DNA of 33,810 bases from sequence record SRR22947727_1835; one strand, given 5' to 3'. The translations under genes and the position numbers were made by a program. The notes below the pieces were generated by a model. That model had not been told where the DNA came from. It did not search any database and saw only the letters and a program-made list of their open reading frames with translations. Of this stretch, positions 24,678 to 32,933 are shown one piece after another (within the stretch, counting starts at the first letter, position 1; each line of letters opens with the position of its first letter).

Positions 24678-24777
24678 GCTTTTAAGTGATCCACATGTGT
24701 GGTTTTTCCTAAGCTCCCAAATCTTACTTGCTATTTACCCAATCAAATTTTTAATCGAAAGGAAATCTAATGTCTGA
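24661..24777 (+). CDS. Small membrane peptide, 38 aa
   Basis: ATG at 24661 with GGAG SD. Hydrophobic VWFFLSSQILLAIYPIKFLI. Bridges the neighbouring genes. Confidence 0.5.
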   Translation: MSPIDKLLSDPHVWFFLSSQILLAIYPIKFLIERKSNV

Positions 24778-25561
24778 AGAACAAAAGCAAGCACCAGCAA
24801 CGACTAAGCCTCAAACTCCAGCAATGAAGAAAGTAAATGCTCTTAAAGGATACCTGAGCAAAACTGACAATCTTGAGCGTTTGAACGGAATTTTTGGCAA
24901 CGATGAAAAGAAAGTCGCGAGATTTAAAGACTCTCTTTTGATTCAGGTCAACAAGAATCCTAAGCTACTTGAATGCTCTACTGCTAGTATTCTTCAATGT
25001 GCTTTTGATGTTGCTCTGAGTGGTCTAATTCCTGACGGAAGAGATGCCCACTTAATTCCTTTTAAAGATAAGTGTACGGTCGTTTTTGACTACAAAGGCA
25101 TCGTAAAGATGATCTTAAACAATCACGATTACATAGATGTAAAGAGCGTAATTGTTTTCGAGAACGAAAATTTTGGCTTAGAATTTGGCGATGTCTCACA
25201 TCACCAGCAAATTTTGGACCCAGTTCAAAGAGGTGAGGCTGTTGGCTGTTACTCAATGGTAAAACATTTGTCCGGCAATCGTCTTTTTAGCTACATGAGC
25301 AAAGAAGAGATCTTAAAGATTCGTAACGAGTCTCAAGGTTATAAAGCTGCTAAAAGATTTAATAAGTCTTCCATTTGGGATGATAACGAGTTTGAGATGT
25401 GGAAGAAAACTTGTATTCGCAGGCATGCAAAAACTTTAAGGCTTGATGTAGATGCGACACATCTTCTAACTGTTCCTGAAGTTGATTCGTTTAAAGATGA
25501 AACTCCTAAGAAGCATTCTTTCAAATCAGCACAGGAGATTGTAATCGATGTGGAAGGATAG
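24770..25561 (+). CDS. recT: RecT-family single-strand annealing protein
   Basis: NKNPKLLECSTASIL..A.SGLIPD..AHLIPF, DYKG, MSKEEI.KIR..S and W..EFEMWKKTCIRR..K.L. Confidence 0.92.
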   Translation: MSEEQKQAPATTKPQTPAMKKVNALKGYLSKTDNLERLNGIFGNDEKKVARFKDSLLIQVNKNPKLLECSTASILQCAFDVALSGLIPDGRDAHLIPFKDKCTVVFDYKGIVKMILNNHDYIDVKSVIVFENENFGLEFGDVSHHQQILDPVQRGEAVGCYSMVKHLSGNRLFSYMSKEEILKIRNESQGYKAAKRFNKSSIWDDNEFEMWKKTCIRRHAKTLRLDVDATHLLTVPEVDSFKDETPKKHSFKSAQEIVIDVEG

Positions 25562-26204
25562 AGAAGTTTTAGCAGATCAATTAAGCGAAGATTGGTTCAA
25601 GGCAAGATTAGGCGCTTTAACTGGTTCAATTGTCGGGGAAATAATGCCGGGCAAAACAGGCAAGCTTCCAGATTGGTCAAATTTGCTATACCAAAAAGCT
25701 GTTCAATTCATGGCAGGAGTAGACGAGTCTAAGCCTATTCCTCAAATGAATGCAGATTGGGGCCACGAATGGGAATCTGTAGCAAGAGATGCTTACTCAA
25801 TGTTTACTACGGTTGACATAATTGAACCTGGTTTGATTCGTTCTGAGTTTAACGATTTGGTTGCAACGTCACCAGACGGCATAACTGCTGACGGTTCTTT
25901 GGTCTTAGAAATCAAGGCTCCTATGACTATGCACAAGCACTTGTCTTACATTTCAAAAAGTCCTGTTACTAATCTTTCTTCAGTTAAGATCGAAAAGTGT
26001 TATTACTGGCAGGTAAGACATCACATGCTTTGCACAGGTGCTGAGGTGTGCGACTGGGCTAGTTATCATCATATGTTTGATCCTAAGCCTTTGTTTATTG
26101 ATCGTGTAGATCGTTGTTCTAAAGAAATGACAATGATGCAAGAAGTCTGTTCTGACTTTATTACTGATATGAAAAAGTTTTGCAAGGAGATTTTAGCAGC
26201 ATGA
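25548..26204 (+). CDS. YqaJ/lambda-type exonuclease
   Basis: Q.SEDWFKARLG.LTGS, WGHEWE..AR..Y, TSPDG, LEIKAP and YYWQV. Adjacent to RecT. Confidence 0.92.
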   Translation: MWKDREVLADQLSEDWFKARLGALTGSIVGEIMPGKTGKLPDWSNLLYQKAVQFMAGVDESKPIPQMNADWGHEWESVARDAYSMFTTVDIIEPGLIRSEFNDLVATSPDGITADGSLVLEIKAPMTMHKHLSYISKSPVTNLSSVKIEKCYYWQVRHHMLCTGAEVCDWASYHHMFDPKPLFIDRVDRCSKEMTMMQEVCSDFITDMKKFCKEILAA

Positions 26205-26572
26205 GCAACGAAATAACAGGTCAAATCAGCCATATCGGAGATGTTCAGACTTTCGCTTCTGGCTTCACGAAAAGAGTAATTGTTCTGAATGTCCAGGATG
26301 GCGAATACGAAAATATTTATCCTTTTGAGTTCACGAAAGATAAGTGTTCTTTGCTCGATAAATATGTAATTGGTCAAACCGTGACAGTTGGTTTTAATAT
26401 TCGCGGTAACGAGTGGAACGGCAAATATTTCGTAAGTCTCAACGGTTGGATGGTTAAGTCTAATGCAGATAGTCAAGATCCACCACCTATGAATGCACCA
26501 GCTCCTTCGGTTCCTTCTGCTACTCCTTCTGGTAGCTACGAAGATGAAGAAGACGAAGAAGTTCCATTTTAG
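26201..26572 (+). CDS. DUF3127-family SSB-like OB-fold protein
   Basis: SGFTKR..V..Y....FEF.KDKC.LLD....G..V.V.FNIRG.EWNGKYF.SL.GW, a Pro-rich linker and an acidic EEVPF tail. Likely start is ATG 26201. Confidence 0.88.
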   Translation: MSNEITGQISHIGDVQTFASGFTKRVIVLNVQDGEYENIYPFEFTKDKCSLLDKYVIGQTVTVGFNIRGNEWNGKYFVSLNGWMVKSNADSQDPPPMNAPAPSVPSATPSGSYEDEEDEEVPF

Positions 26573-26586
26573 GAGAGGGTAAAATA

Positions 26587-26790
26587 ATGGATAGAGATAC
26601 AGCAAAGACTATATATGAAAACGGCTATATGGCAGCAAAGAAAGAAAAAGATTTTGATCCATATGGCGATTTTCTCACTTCTAATATAAGCATGTTTTTT
26701 AATAATTTAGTAGGCATGCTTGAGGGAGATCATACAGATAAGCAAATTGTAGATTACTTAAGAAATAGATTTCATAGAGAGAAGCTTTAA
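26587..26790 (+). CDS. Hypothetical protein
   Basis: 67-aa ORF with AGGAG/GAGG SD. Confidence 0.7.
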   Translation: MDRDTAKTIYENGYMAAKKEKDFDPYGDFLTSNISMFFNNLVGMLEGDHTDKQIVDYLRNRFHREKL

Positions 26791-26888
26791 GTATGTTACA
26801 TTTTAATCTAACTACCACAAAATCAACTAATTAAAATTTAATTCAGGCGCACCCTGTCAAGATTGGGGTGTGTCTACGGGAAACGAAA

Positions 26889-27308
26889 ATGACAACTGAA
26901 ATTTTCAAATTTAACAGGTTCCAGCTTTGCGCGATAATTACAGAAGATCAAGAGCAGCATCTTTTTTCTGCAAATGATGTTTGTGCAATCCTGGACATCA
27001 AAAACCCACGTGACGCAATGAGTCGTCTTGATGACGATGAAAGGGTATCGGTTAAGGCGATGACCAACGGGGGAGAACAAACAGTAAATGCGGTGACTGA
27101 AGCAGGTCTATACCGCTTAATCTTTAGGTCAAGGAAGCCTGAAGCTAGATCTCTTCAAAGGTTTGTTTTTCATAAGGTTTTACCTGTCTTAAGAAAGCAA
27201 GGCTTGTTCGAGCGTTTGGAGTCTCAAGAGATTACTGAATTCGGCAAAGCGATGATTCGAACGGTTAGAGGACTTGACGGAAAAGTTCAAGGGGGATGTG
27301 ATGAGTAA
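26889..27308 (+). CDS. BRO-N domain protein
   Basis: FSANDVCAILDIKNPRDAMSRLDDDE..GGEQ....VTEAGLYRLIFRSRKPEA..QRFV..VLP.LRK.G. Likely start is ATG 26889. Confidence 0.92.
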   Translation: MTTEIFKFNRFQLCAIITEDQEQHLFSANDVCAILDIKNPRDAMSRLDDDERVSVKAMTNGGEQTVNAVTEAGLYRLIFRSRKPEARSLQRFVFHKVLPVLRKQGLFERLESQEITEFGKAMIRTVRGLDGKVQGGCDE

Positions 27309-28053
27309 GTTACATTATTTCTCAATCGATGAAGCTGTGAAGCTTGGTGTAAACAAGGCTATTTTACTTTCAAATTTTAGGCATTGGCTTGATAAGAATA
27401 AAGCTAATCAAAGAAATGAGTATGACGGCTACTATTGGACCTATAATTCAAATAAAGCTTTTGCTGATCTATTCCCGTATTTCAACGCTAAATCAATCAA
27501 TAGATGGTTGAACGAATTAGAGTCTGAAGGGGTTTTATTAAGCTCACAAGACTATAATAAAATTAAGTTCGACAGAACTAAATGGTATACAATTCCCAAG
27601 GAGTATTCTACGACTCCTCAAAATGAGGATTGTACATTTCTCAAAATGAGGAATGAGATTTCTCAAAATGAGGCGACAATACCAGATATAAACACAGATA
27701 TAAACACAGATAATAAAAAAACAAACAAAAAAGTTTGTTCTATTTCTCTTCTTGAATCTGCTTTTGATGATTTCAGAAAAATATACCCTGGCACAAAGCG
27801 AGGACTTCAAACTGAATTCGATAATTTCAAGAAAAAGCACAAGGACTGGAAAGCAATAGTTTCAGATCTAAAAGGCTTACTTGAATGCCAGATCAACGAG
27901 AAAGCCTGTATGGAACGTTCAAATATCTTTGTTCCACCTTGGAAGAATCTGTCAACCTACATCAACCAAAGATGCTGGGAAGAAGAACTTCAAAACCCAC
28001 AAAACGCAAATAAAGCCTCTCAGAGCACAGCAAAGGACTTCTTCAGGGACTAA
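27301..28053 (+). CDS. Phage replication initiator (winged-helix N-terminus)
   Basis: A.KLGVNKAILL....W....DGYYWTYNS.....LFPY....INR.LNELE..G.L...FDRTKWY, internal iterons and C-terminal ST(Y)INQRCWEEE. Precedes a DnaC-like gene. Confidence 0.85.
   Translation: MSKLHYFSIDEAVKLGVNKAILLSNFRHWLDKNKANQRNEYDGYYWTYNSNKAFADLFPYFNAKSINRWLNELESEGVLLSSQDYNKIKFDRTKWYTIPKEYSTTPQNEDCTFLKMRNEISQNEATIPDINTDINTDNKKTNKKVCSISLLESAFDDFRKIYPGTKRGLQTEFDNFKKKHKDWKAIVSDLKGLLECQINEKACMERSNIFVPPWKNLSTYINQRCWEEELQNPQNANKASQSTAKDFFRD
27617..27730. repeat. Iterons and AT-rich tract: probable replication origin
   Basis: CTCAAAATGAGG at 27617, 27640 and 27662 (23- and 22-bp spacing), then CAGATATAAACA twice plus CAGATA (27683-27712) and an A-rich run. 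Confidence 0.8.
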
Positions 28054-28054
28054 C

Positions 28055-28774
28055 ATGGAAAATACAACTAATTGCAAGGAATGCGCCATTCCGATGAAAT
28101 ACGAAGTGATAGAAGTTCCTGTTATGGGTGCAGATCTATCTTATTACGCTCCTAGTATCTGTGACGAGTGCTATTTGAAGTTTCAGGAAGAGCAAGCAAA
28201 GAAAGTAAATCTTAGCATATACAGGACAATATCTATTTGTATGCCTGAAGCTTATCGAGGCGTGAAAATGTCTGATTTTGAAGATGTTCTTCTGAATAAT
28301 GCTGCTCTCGAAGCTAGACGTGCTGAGGATGTTATTAAGTCTTTCTGTAATTCGCCTTACTGGTGCATTACGATTGCCTCTCCTGAGACTGGAATAGGTA
28401 AGACTAGGCTTGGTTTATATATTCTTTCTTGTTTGGCCTTAAAAGGGCATTGGAAGACGCGAAAAATAACCTGTCTGCAAGATGCAGGTTACTTCTCTGC
28501 CTTAGAAATAGTCAAGATCTTAAAAACTGAGACTTTCGACTCTGCTCAATGGTGGCTTAAAAAGTTCAAGAAATCACGTGTTTTGATGATCGATGATTTA
28601 GGCCAGGAAAGGCTTCAAGAGTCTTTCGAGCTTGCGAATATTATCAAGTATCGCGAAGAAAATAAACTCAAGACAATAATCACCACTAACAGCACCAAAA
28701 AGCAGTTTGACGGGCGCATTTGGTCAAGACTAAAAAAGGGCATGCATTTCATGGCCGGAACGGATAGGAGATAA
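28055..28774 (+). CDS. DnaC/IstB-like AAA+ helicase loader
   Basis: N-terminal CKEC/CDEC, Walker A TGIGKT, Walker B VLMIDDLG, TIITTN and RIWSRL. Likely start is ATG 28055. Confidence 0.85.
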   Translation: MENTTNCKECAIPMKYEVIEVPVMGADLSYYAPSICDECYLKFQEEQAKKVNLSIYRTISICMPEAYRGVKMSDFEDVLLNNAALEARRAEDVIKSFCNSPYWCITIASPETGIGKTRLGLYILSCLALKGHWKTRKITCLQDAGYFSALEIVKILKTETFDSAQWWLKKFKKSRVLMIDDLGQERLQESFELANIIKYREENKLKTIITTNSTKKQFDGRIWSRLKKGMHFMAGTDRR

Positions 28775-28776
28775 TC

Positions 28777-29046
28777 ATGATTGACGGAAAAGTTCAAAAA
28801 GAACTAACCAAGCGAGTGAAGAAAGTAATTGATCTTAATAAAAGGTTTGAGGTCGCTTGTTCTTCTGTGGCCGAGCTAATTCAAGATGTTGCTGATTTTG
28901 AATTGAGTGTATCTGTCGTGGGTAGTGATGGCGTTGTTGTTCTAAATTTAGCGGAAGCCTCAGTTGCTGGGATTGAAGACTGTCTAAAAATTATAAATGA
29001 AACTGGATCTTTAACCGAAGATCAACATGGGGAGATTTGCATATGA
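28777..29046 (+). CDS. Hypothetical protein
   Basis: 89-aa ORF with AGGAG SD, tightly packed. Confidence 0.7.
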   Translation: MIDGKVQKELTKRVKKVIDLNKRFEVACSSVAELIQDVADFELSVSVVGSDGVVVLNLAEASVAGIEDCLKIINETGSLTEDQHGEICI

Positions 29047-29612
29047 ATCAAGCGACAAATTTAATTCAGTGGAAGAATCTGACAGAAGAGCAGAGAGTAG
29101 ATTTTGATTTTGAGAATTATAATTACAGTCATCAATTTTTTGATAATCAGACTTACTGGGGCGATCATGATGGAAAATATCATGTAGACCCTGTTGCAGT
29201 CTACCGGCTCAAGATCGAGCCTGAGAAGTGGTATTTCTTTGAGCGTCAAGGTAAGTCAAACATAGTTACTGGCAAGCTTATAGTCAATCCAGGAGATGCA
29301 GAAATCCTCATGCCTGCCCGCCCCTTTGAGATCCCGAAGCAAGAAACCCTAGAGGATAAAATCAAAGCTAAGTGGCCGGACAAAGAGGTTGCGATAATCA
29401 AGTCTGAAAGGAGCTTAATAAAAGAGAGGGCTCTACTTCAGATTTATGGTCATATGTCCCATGTTGGAGCCCAATCAATCAAAGGGTTTTATAGGTATGT
29501 TTATATCCATCTCGATGGGGATTTTGATACAAGCACAGATCCTGCTATGATGTGGGCTAAAGATGTTACTCTTCAGCCAGTTGCCGTTCTTTTCGAAGGG
29601 GGCGGTAAATGA
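29043..29612 (+). CDS. Hypothetical protein
   Basis: ATGA overlap with the upstream stop at 29043. GGAG SD. Confidence 0.7.
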   Translation: MNQATNLIQWKNLTEEQRVDFDFENYNYSHQFFDNQTYWGDHDGKYHVDPVAVYRLKIEPEKWYFFERQGKSNIVTGKLIVNPGDAEILMPARPFEIPKQETLEDKIKAKWPDKEVAIIKSERSLIKERALLQIYGHMSHVGAQSIKGFYRYVYIHLDGDFDTSTDPAMMWAKDVTLQPVAVLFEGGGK

Positions 29613-30088
29613 TCCTCGCAATAGATCCCGGCTCCATAGAAACAGGGTTTTGCCTTATGAGAGATGATTTCACGATTGTCGAAAAGGGTAAAATTCTGAA
29701 TGAAGATATGATTACCTTCATCAAAAATGCACCAGGCAATGCTGATATTGTGATTGAAATGGTCGCTTCGTATGGCATGGCAGTAGGCAAAACAGTCTTT
29801 GAAACCTGTGTTTGGGTAGGAAGATTCCACCAAGCTGGCATAAATGGCATAAGAAAGATCGATAAGATGTATCGAAAAGATATAAAAATGAATATCTGCG
29901 GTATGACTAGGGCCAAAGATTCGAACATAAGGCAAGCTCTTGTCGATAGATTTAGCTTTGAAAGGCATTTGGAGAAGGGCGGGAAAGGCACAAAAGCTGA
30001 TCCTGGCTTTTTCTTCGGCTTTAAGTCTGATATCTGGGCTGCCTTCGCGGTCGGTGTGACTTACTTAGATATGAGGGGATCTAAATGA
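29609..30088 (+). CDS. RuvC-like Holliday junction resolvase
   Basis: ILAIDPG...TG, IVIEM and DIWAAFAV acidic RNase-H-fold motifs. Confidence 0.8.
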   Translation: MILAIDPGSIETGFCLMRDDFTIVEKGKILNEDMITFIKNAPGNADIVIEMVASYGMAVGKTVFETCVWVGRFHQAGINGIRKIDKMYRKDIKMNICGMTRAKDSNIRQALVDRFSFERHLEKGGKGTKADPGFFFGFKSDIWAAFAVGVTYLDMRGSK

Positions 30089-30558
30089 TGACTGCGAAAC
30101 TTAGTTACATGTACAAAGGCAAGTCTATGTCGGTCGCGGAAATATTAGAGCTTCCAGAATGTGAATCCTCTGTGACCTACTTAAGAGAATGCCTCAAAAA
30201 GGGTATGTCTGTCGAAGAGGCGATGTCCCCAAAAAAAGAGAAATACAATAAAAAATGGGAGTACAAAGGCAGCTTGTATACGATTCGTGAATTATTTGAG
30301 CTGCACGAATGCAAAGTTGGTATCAAAACTTTGTCTTCAAGAGTGTATGACGGCATGGATATTTATAGAGCTTTGAACATGCCAAATCAGAACAATCAGC
30401 CTGCCAAATCTAGGGTATTAACAGAAGAACAAAAAGAGGAGTTCAAAAAGATCATGTCAAGGCCAGTTAATCCCTTAAAATGCAGGTATACAGCTTATGC
30501 AAATGGTTTGTACAAGGAAGTTTCGAAAGGTGGATTTTTTAAAGGCGAAGAGGATTGA
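30085..30558 (+). CDS. Putative DNA-binding protein with two repeats of the type found at HNH nuclease C-termini
   Basis: YKGKSMSVAEILELPEC..YLRECLKKGMSVEEAM and YKGSLYTIRELFELHEC..TLSSRVYDGMDIYRAL. Confidence 0.55.
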   Translation: MMTAKLSYMYKGKSMSVAEILELPECESSVTYLRECLKKGMSVEEAMSPKKEKYNKKWEYKGSLYTIRELFELHECKVGIKTLSSRVYDGMDIYRALNMPNQNNQPAKSRVLTEEQKEEFKKIMSRPVNPLKCRYTAYANGLYKEVSKGGFFKGEED

Positions 30559-30561
30559 GAG

Positions 30562-30951
30562 ATGAGTGAATCACATGAGCTAGAGAAATTGATTAATAAT
30601 ATGGGGGCTTTATTGGTTCTCAATACTCAAGTTTCTATGGATGGCAGTGTTGAGCGGAAAAAGAATGATATTCTGTGTCGTCAAAGAGGTGTTATTAAGG
30701 CTATTAATGAACTCAAAGCCAAAGACGCGGAGATTGCCGACTTCAAGAGACGAAACGGCAACATGAATCACGGCATGGCTAAGGACTTGCAGAAGATTGC
30801 AAAGCAAGAAAAAGAGATTGAAGAGTTGAAAGCCTTCAAGGAAGATATCACCGACATCATAAATGGATCAGAAGGTGTGGCTGGATGGCATAATAATGGT
30901 GAAGTTGCTTTGTGGCATGAGTTTGGATTGGAGGGTGAAAGCGGTGAGTGA
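30562..30951 (+). CDS. Hypothetical coiled-coil protein
   Basis: 129 aa with GAGGA SD and a C-terminal SEGVAGWHNNGEVALW motif. Confidence 0.7.
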   Translation: MSESHELEKLINNMGALLVLNTQVSMDGSVERKKNDILCRQRGVIKAINELKAKDAEIADFKRRNGNMNHGMAKDLQKIAKQEKEIEELKAFKEDITDIINGSEGVAGWHNNGEVALWHEFGLEGESGE

Positions 30952-31174
30952 GTATCTAAAGAGGTATAAAGCGATTAGCAAGAAGAAGGAAGATGCCGCT
31001 GATAAACTTGGTGATATATTAGAGGATTTATGTTGTAGTGATTATGATTCACCTTCGAATATACGTGAGATACGTAGAGCTGCATGGAAAGACTACCGCA
31101 AAGTAGAAAATCAATGTATTGAGGATTATAAAAAGCTGGAGCAGTTGCGACAAAACTCGGAGGAGGAGGGATGA
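30944..31174 (+). CDS. Hypothetical protein
   Basis: Likely GTG start at 30944 after GGAGG. Overlaps both neighbours. Confidence 0.65.
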   Translation: MSEYLKRYKAISKKKEDAADKLGDILEDLCCSDYDSPSNIREIRRAAWKDYRKVENQCIEDYKKLEQLRQNSEEEG

Positions 31175-31377
31175 GTATTCATGAAACTGCTTGCCCAAAA
31201 TGCAGATCAACTGCTCATACTGGACTTATCCAGAGTAGGTATAATATGAAGAAAGATAAGTATGTTGAGTATATTACTTGTAGTTCTTGTGGTACAGAAA
31301 GAGAAAAAATGGAGTTGCAACAAAGCTCTGAGTCAGACCATATTGCCGAAGTCAACAAAAAGGTAGGTGAAGGGTGA
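31171..31377 (+). CDS. Small zinc-ribbon protein
   Basis: CPKC...CSSCG. GGAGG SD and ATGA overlap. Confidence 0.68.
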   Translation: MSIHETACPKCRSTAHTGLIQSRYNMKKDKYVEYITCSSCGTEREKMELQQSSESDHIAEVNKKVGEG

Positions 31378-31727
31378 GTGAAGAAATGTATGATGACATA
31401 TCAAAAGCCTTGGAAACAAAAGCGTATCGTGATCTTGATAAAGAGCATAAAAAGCTCTGTAATTGGGTTAATGAGCTATCAGAATTAACTCATGGCTATA
31501 GAGAGGCTTCTGAAAAAGAGATAGTTGAAGTTATTAGAAACTATCAAAATGAAGCGGCTAAACTTATTGAGGAGCGTGACAGGTACAAAAAGGCGCTTGA
31601 GGAGATAAGAGATCATGATAATACCAATAATAATGAAACTGCCTCATGGGAAGATTATTATGAACTTGTTTTTATAGCAGATAAGGCTTTGGCAAAGGAG
31701 GCTTTAAAAGATGATAATGCCACATAA
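31374..31727 (+). CDS. Hypothetical coiled-coil protein
   Basis: GTGA overlap. ERDRYKKALEEI...IADKAL pattern common in phage early-region ORFs. Confidence 0.68.
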   Translation: MSEEMYDDISKALETKAYRDLDKEHKKLCNWVNELSELTHGYREASEKEIVEVIRNYQNEAAKLIEERDRYKKALEEIRDHDNTNNNETASWEDYYELVFIADKALAKEALKDDNAT

Positions 31728-31875
31728 AGTAGCTGATTTCCCATCCCCTAAACCATTCATAACAAAGTGCTGTTTCTGTGGTTCTGAGGTAAGGTTAGTC
31801 AAAGACTCGACTGAAGGCAAAAAAGTAGCTTGCTTTGAGCATAGTCATAAATTTATGGGAGCTTTGAAAGGGTGA
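31711..31875 (+). CDS. Small Cys/His protein absent from the ORF track
   Basis: Translated by hand: MIMPHKVADFPSPKPFITKCCFCGSEVRLVKDSTEGKKVACFEHSHKFMGALKG. AGGAGG SD. Stop overlaps the next GTG. Confidence 0.6.
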   Translation: MIMPHKVADFPSPKPFITKCCFCGSEVRLVKDSTEGKKVACFEHSHKFMGALKG

Positions 31876-32246
31876 TTAAATACATATTAATTCTATTCCT
31901 GACGCTGAGTACATCGGCAAGGGAAAATTCAGAAAGGCATTATCAGGATATTATCGCAGAAAAATTGAGCGGTAAAACTGAGCATGTTTTGGAAGATAAA
32001 ACCCGTATTGATATCCTAACCAAGTCAGAAGCTATTGAGGTAGATTTTGCGTACAAATGGGCTGAGGGAATTGGTCAGGCTTTGCATTACTCAACTATGA
32101 CCGGATTGGATGCTGGTTTAATCTTGATAGTCGAGAAGGAAAGCGACCTTAAGCACGTGGAGAAAGTTAAGAAAATCAGGCGCATAAAGTCAATGCGGTT
32201 GATTCTCTGGAAGTATGAAAAAGGTGAGCTGGTGAGGGTGGAATAA
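31872..32246 (+). CDS. Signal-peptide-bearing PD-(D/E)xK-like nuclease-fold protein
   Basis: MIKYILILFLTLSTSA leader, then E..YQ, RIDIL....IEVD and KWAEGIGQALHY (QxxxY). Confidence 0.62.
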   Translation: MIKYILILFLTLSTSARENSERHYQDIIAEKLSGKTEHVLEDKTRIDILTKSEAIEVDFAYKWAEGIGQALHYSTMTGLDAGLILIVEKESDLKHVEKVKKIRRIKSMRLILWKYEKGELVRVE

Positions 32247-32504
32247 ATGAATATTGATATTTCTTTAGATGTTGAATTCCCTCCTCCTGTCCTGAAGGTA
32301 GGTTCTTTAATTTACGTAAAGACTCCAGAAGCTGCAATGTATAGAGGTGGCGGTGTCAGTAGAATTAGGTTTAAGTACCAGCCCGCAGAGGTTAAGAACA
32401 TGTACAAAGGTGACTTGGTTGTTATTCTAGAAGGTAAGTATCTGCACTTAGATGAATCGAAGCTAAAAGTCGAGTGTGGCAAGTATACTGTAGAGGTGGA
32501 ATAA
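32247..32504 (+). CDS. Hypothetical protein
   Basis: 85-aa ORF abutting the upstream stop. Confidence 0.65.
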   Translation: MNIDISLDVEFPPPVLKVGSLIYVKTPEAAMYRGGGVSRIRFKYQPAEVKNMYKGDLVVILEGKYLHLDESKLKVECGKYTVEVE

Positions 32505-32547
32505 TCAAAAAATAAAAGTAGAATGAAAGCGTTAAGCTTGCTTGACT

Positions 32548-32590
32548 GGCCCGTTCCCGTTGTTTGGTTGCATTTGGAGCGGGCTTTTTT
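32548..32590 (+). terminator. Intrinsic terminator ending the + strand early operon
   Basis: GGCCCGTTCC ... GGAGCGGGCT stem with an 18-nt loop, followed by a T run, between convergent genes. Confidence 0.68.
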
Positions 32591-32594
32591 GTGT

Positions 32595-32873
32595 CTATAA
32601 ACTGCGTAACGTGTGTATTAATGTGGATAAATCGGCCGGCGTATTAACCTTTCTTTCGATCAGGAGCCGAACTTCTTCCTGAATATCGGCCTCTACATGA
32701 TCCCGAAAGACCGAAAGAATCTTGTTTTCGACAATTTCAGGCATCTTTTCGCCTTTTTTATATGATTGAATTGCCTGTTCTGTCCTTACTAGGTGGTCAT
32801 GGGCTAGTTTTTTCTGTGTCGTTCCCTTAGATTTAAGGTATTTTAGTATGCTATTAAGGTTGTCTGTATCCAT
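32595..32873 (-). CDS. XRE/Cro-like helix-turn-helix protein
   Basis: LKSKGTTQKKLA..LVRTEQAIQSYKKGEKMP. CAGGA SD on the minus strand. Confidence 0.7.
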   Translation of the reverse strand: MDTDNLNSILKYLKSKGTTQKKLAHDHLVRTEQAIQSYKKGEKMPEIVENKILSVFRDHVEADIQEEVRLLIERKVNTPADLSTLIHTLRSL

Positions 32874-32895
32874 TTGCGTATCCTGTATAAATATT

Positions 32896-32914
32896 AAAGG
32901 CCCAATTAAGGGCC
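32896..32914 (-). terminator. Short hairpin after the methyltransferase gene (possible weak terminator)
   Basis: Minus strand reads GGCCC-TTAATT-GGGCC-TTT. Confidence 0.45.
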
Positions 32915-32933
32915 GTTAAATTTGGTTAGTTGG

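Noticed and set aside
26069..26605. 178-aa minus-strand ORF
   Set aside because: Antisense shadow of the well-supported exonuclease and SSB-like genes, with no recognisable motifs.
27881..28054. Long N-terminal extension of the DnaC-like ORF given in the track
   Set aside because: It overlaps the initiator gene by over 170 nt. ATG 28055, right after the initiator stop and with an AGGGA SD, is more plausible.
29566..29991. Two minus-strand ORFs of 141 and 131 aa
   Set aside because: Shadows of the RuvC-like gene with no SD or motifs. The other short nested ORFs in the track were dismissed on the same grounds.
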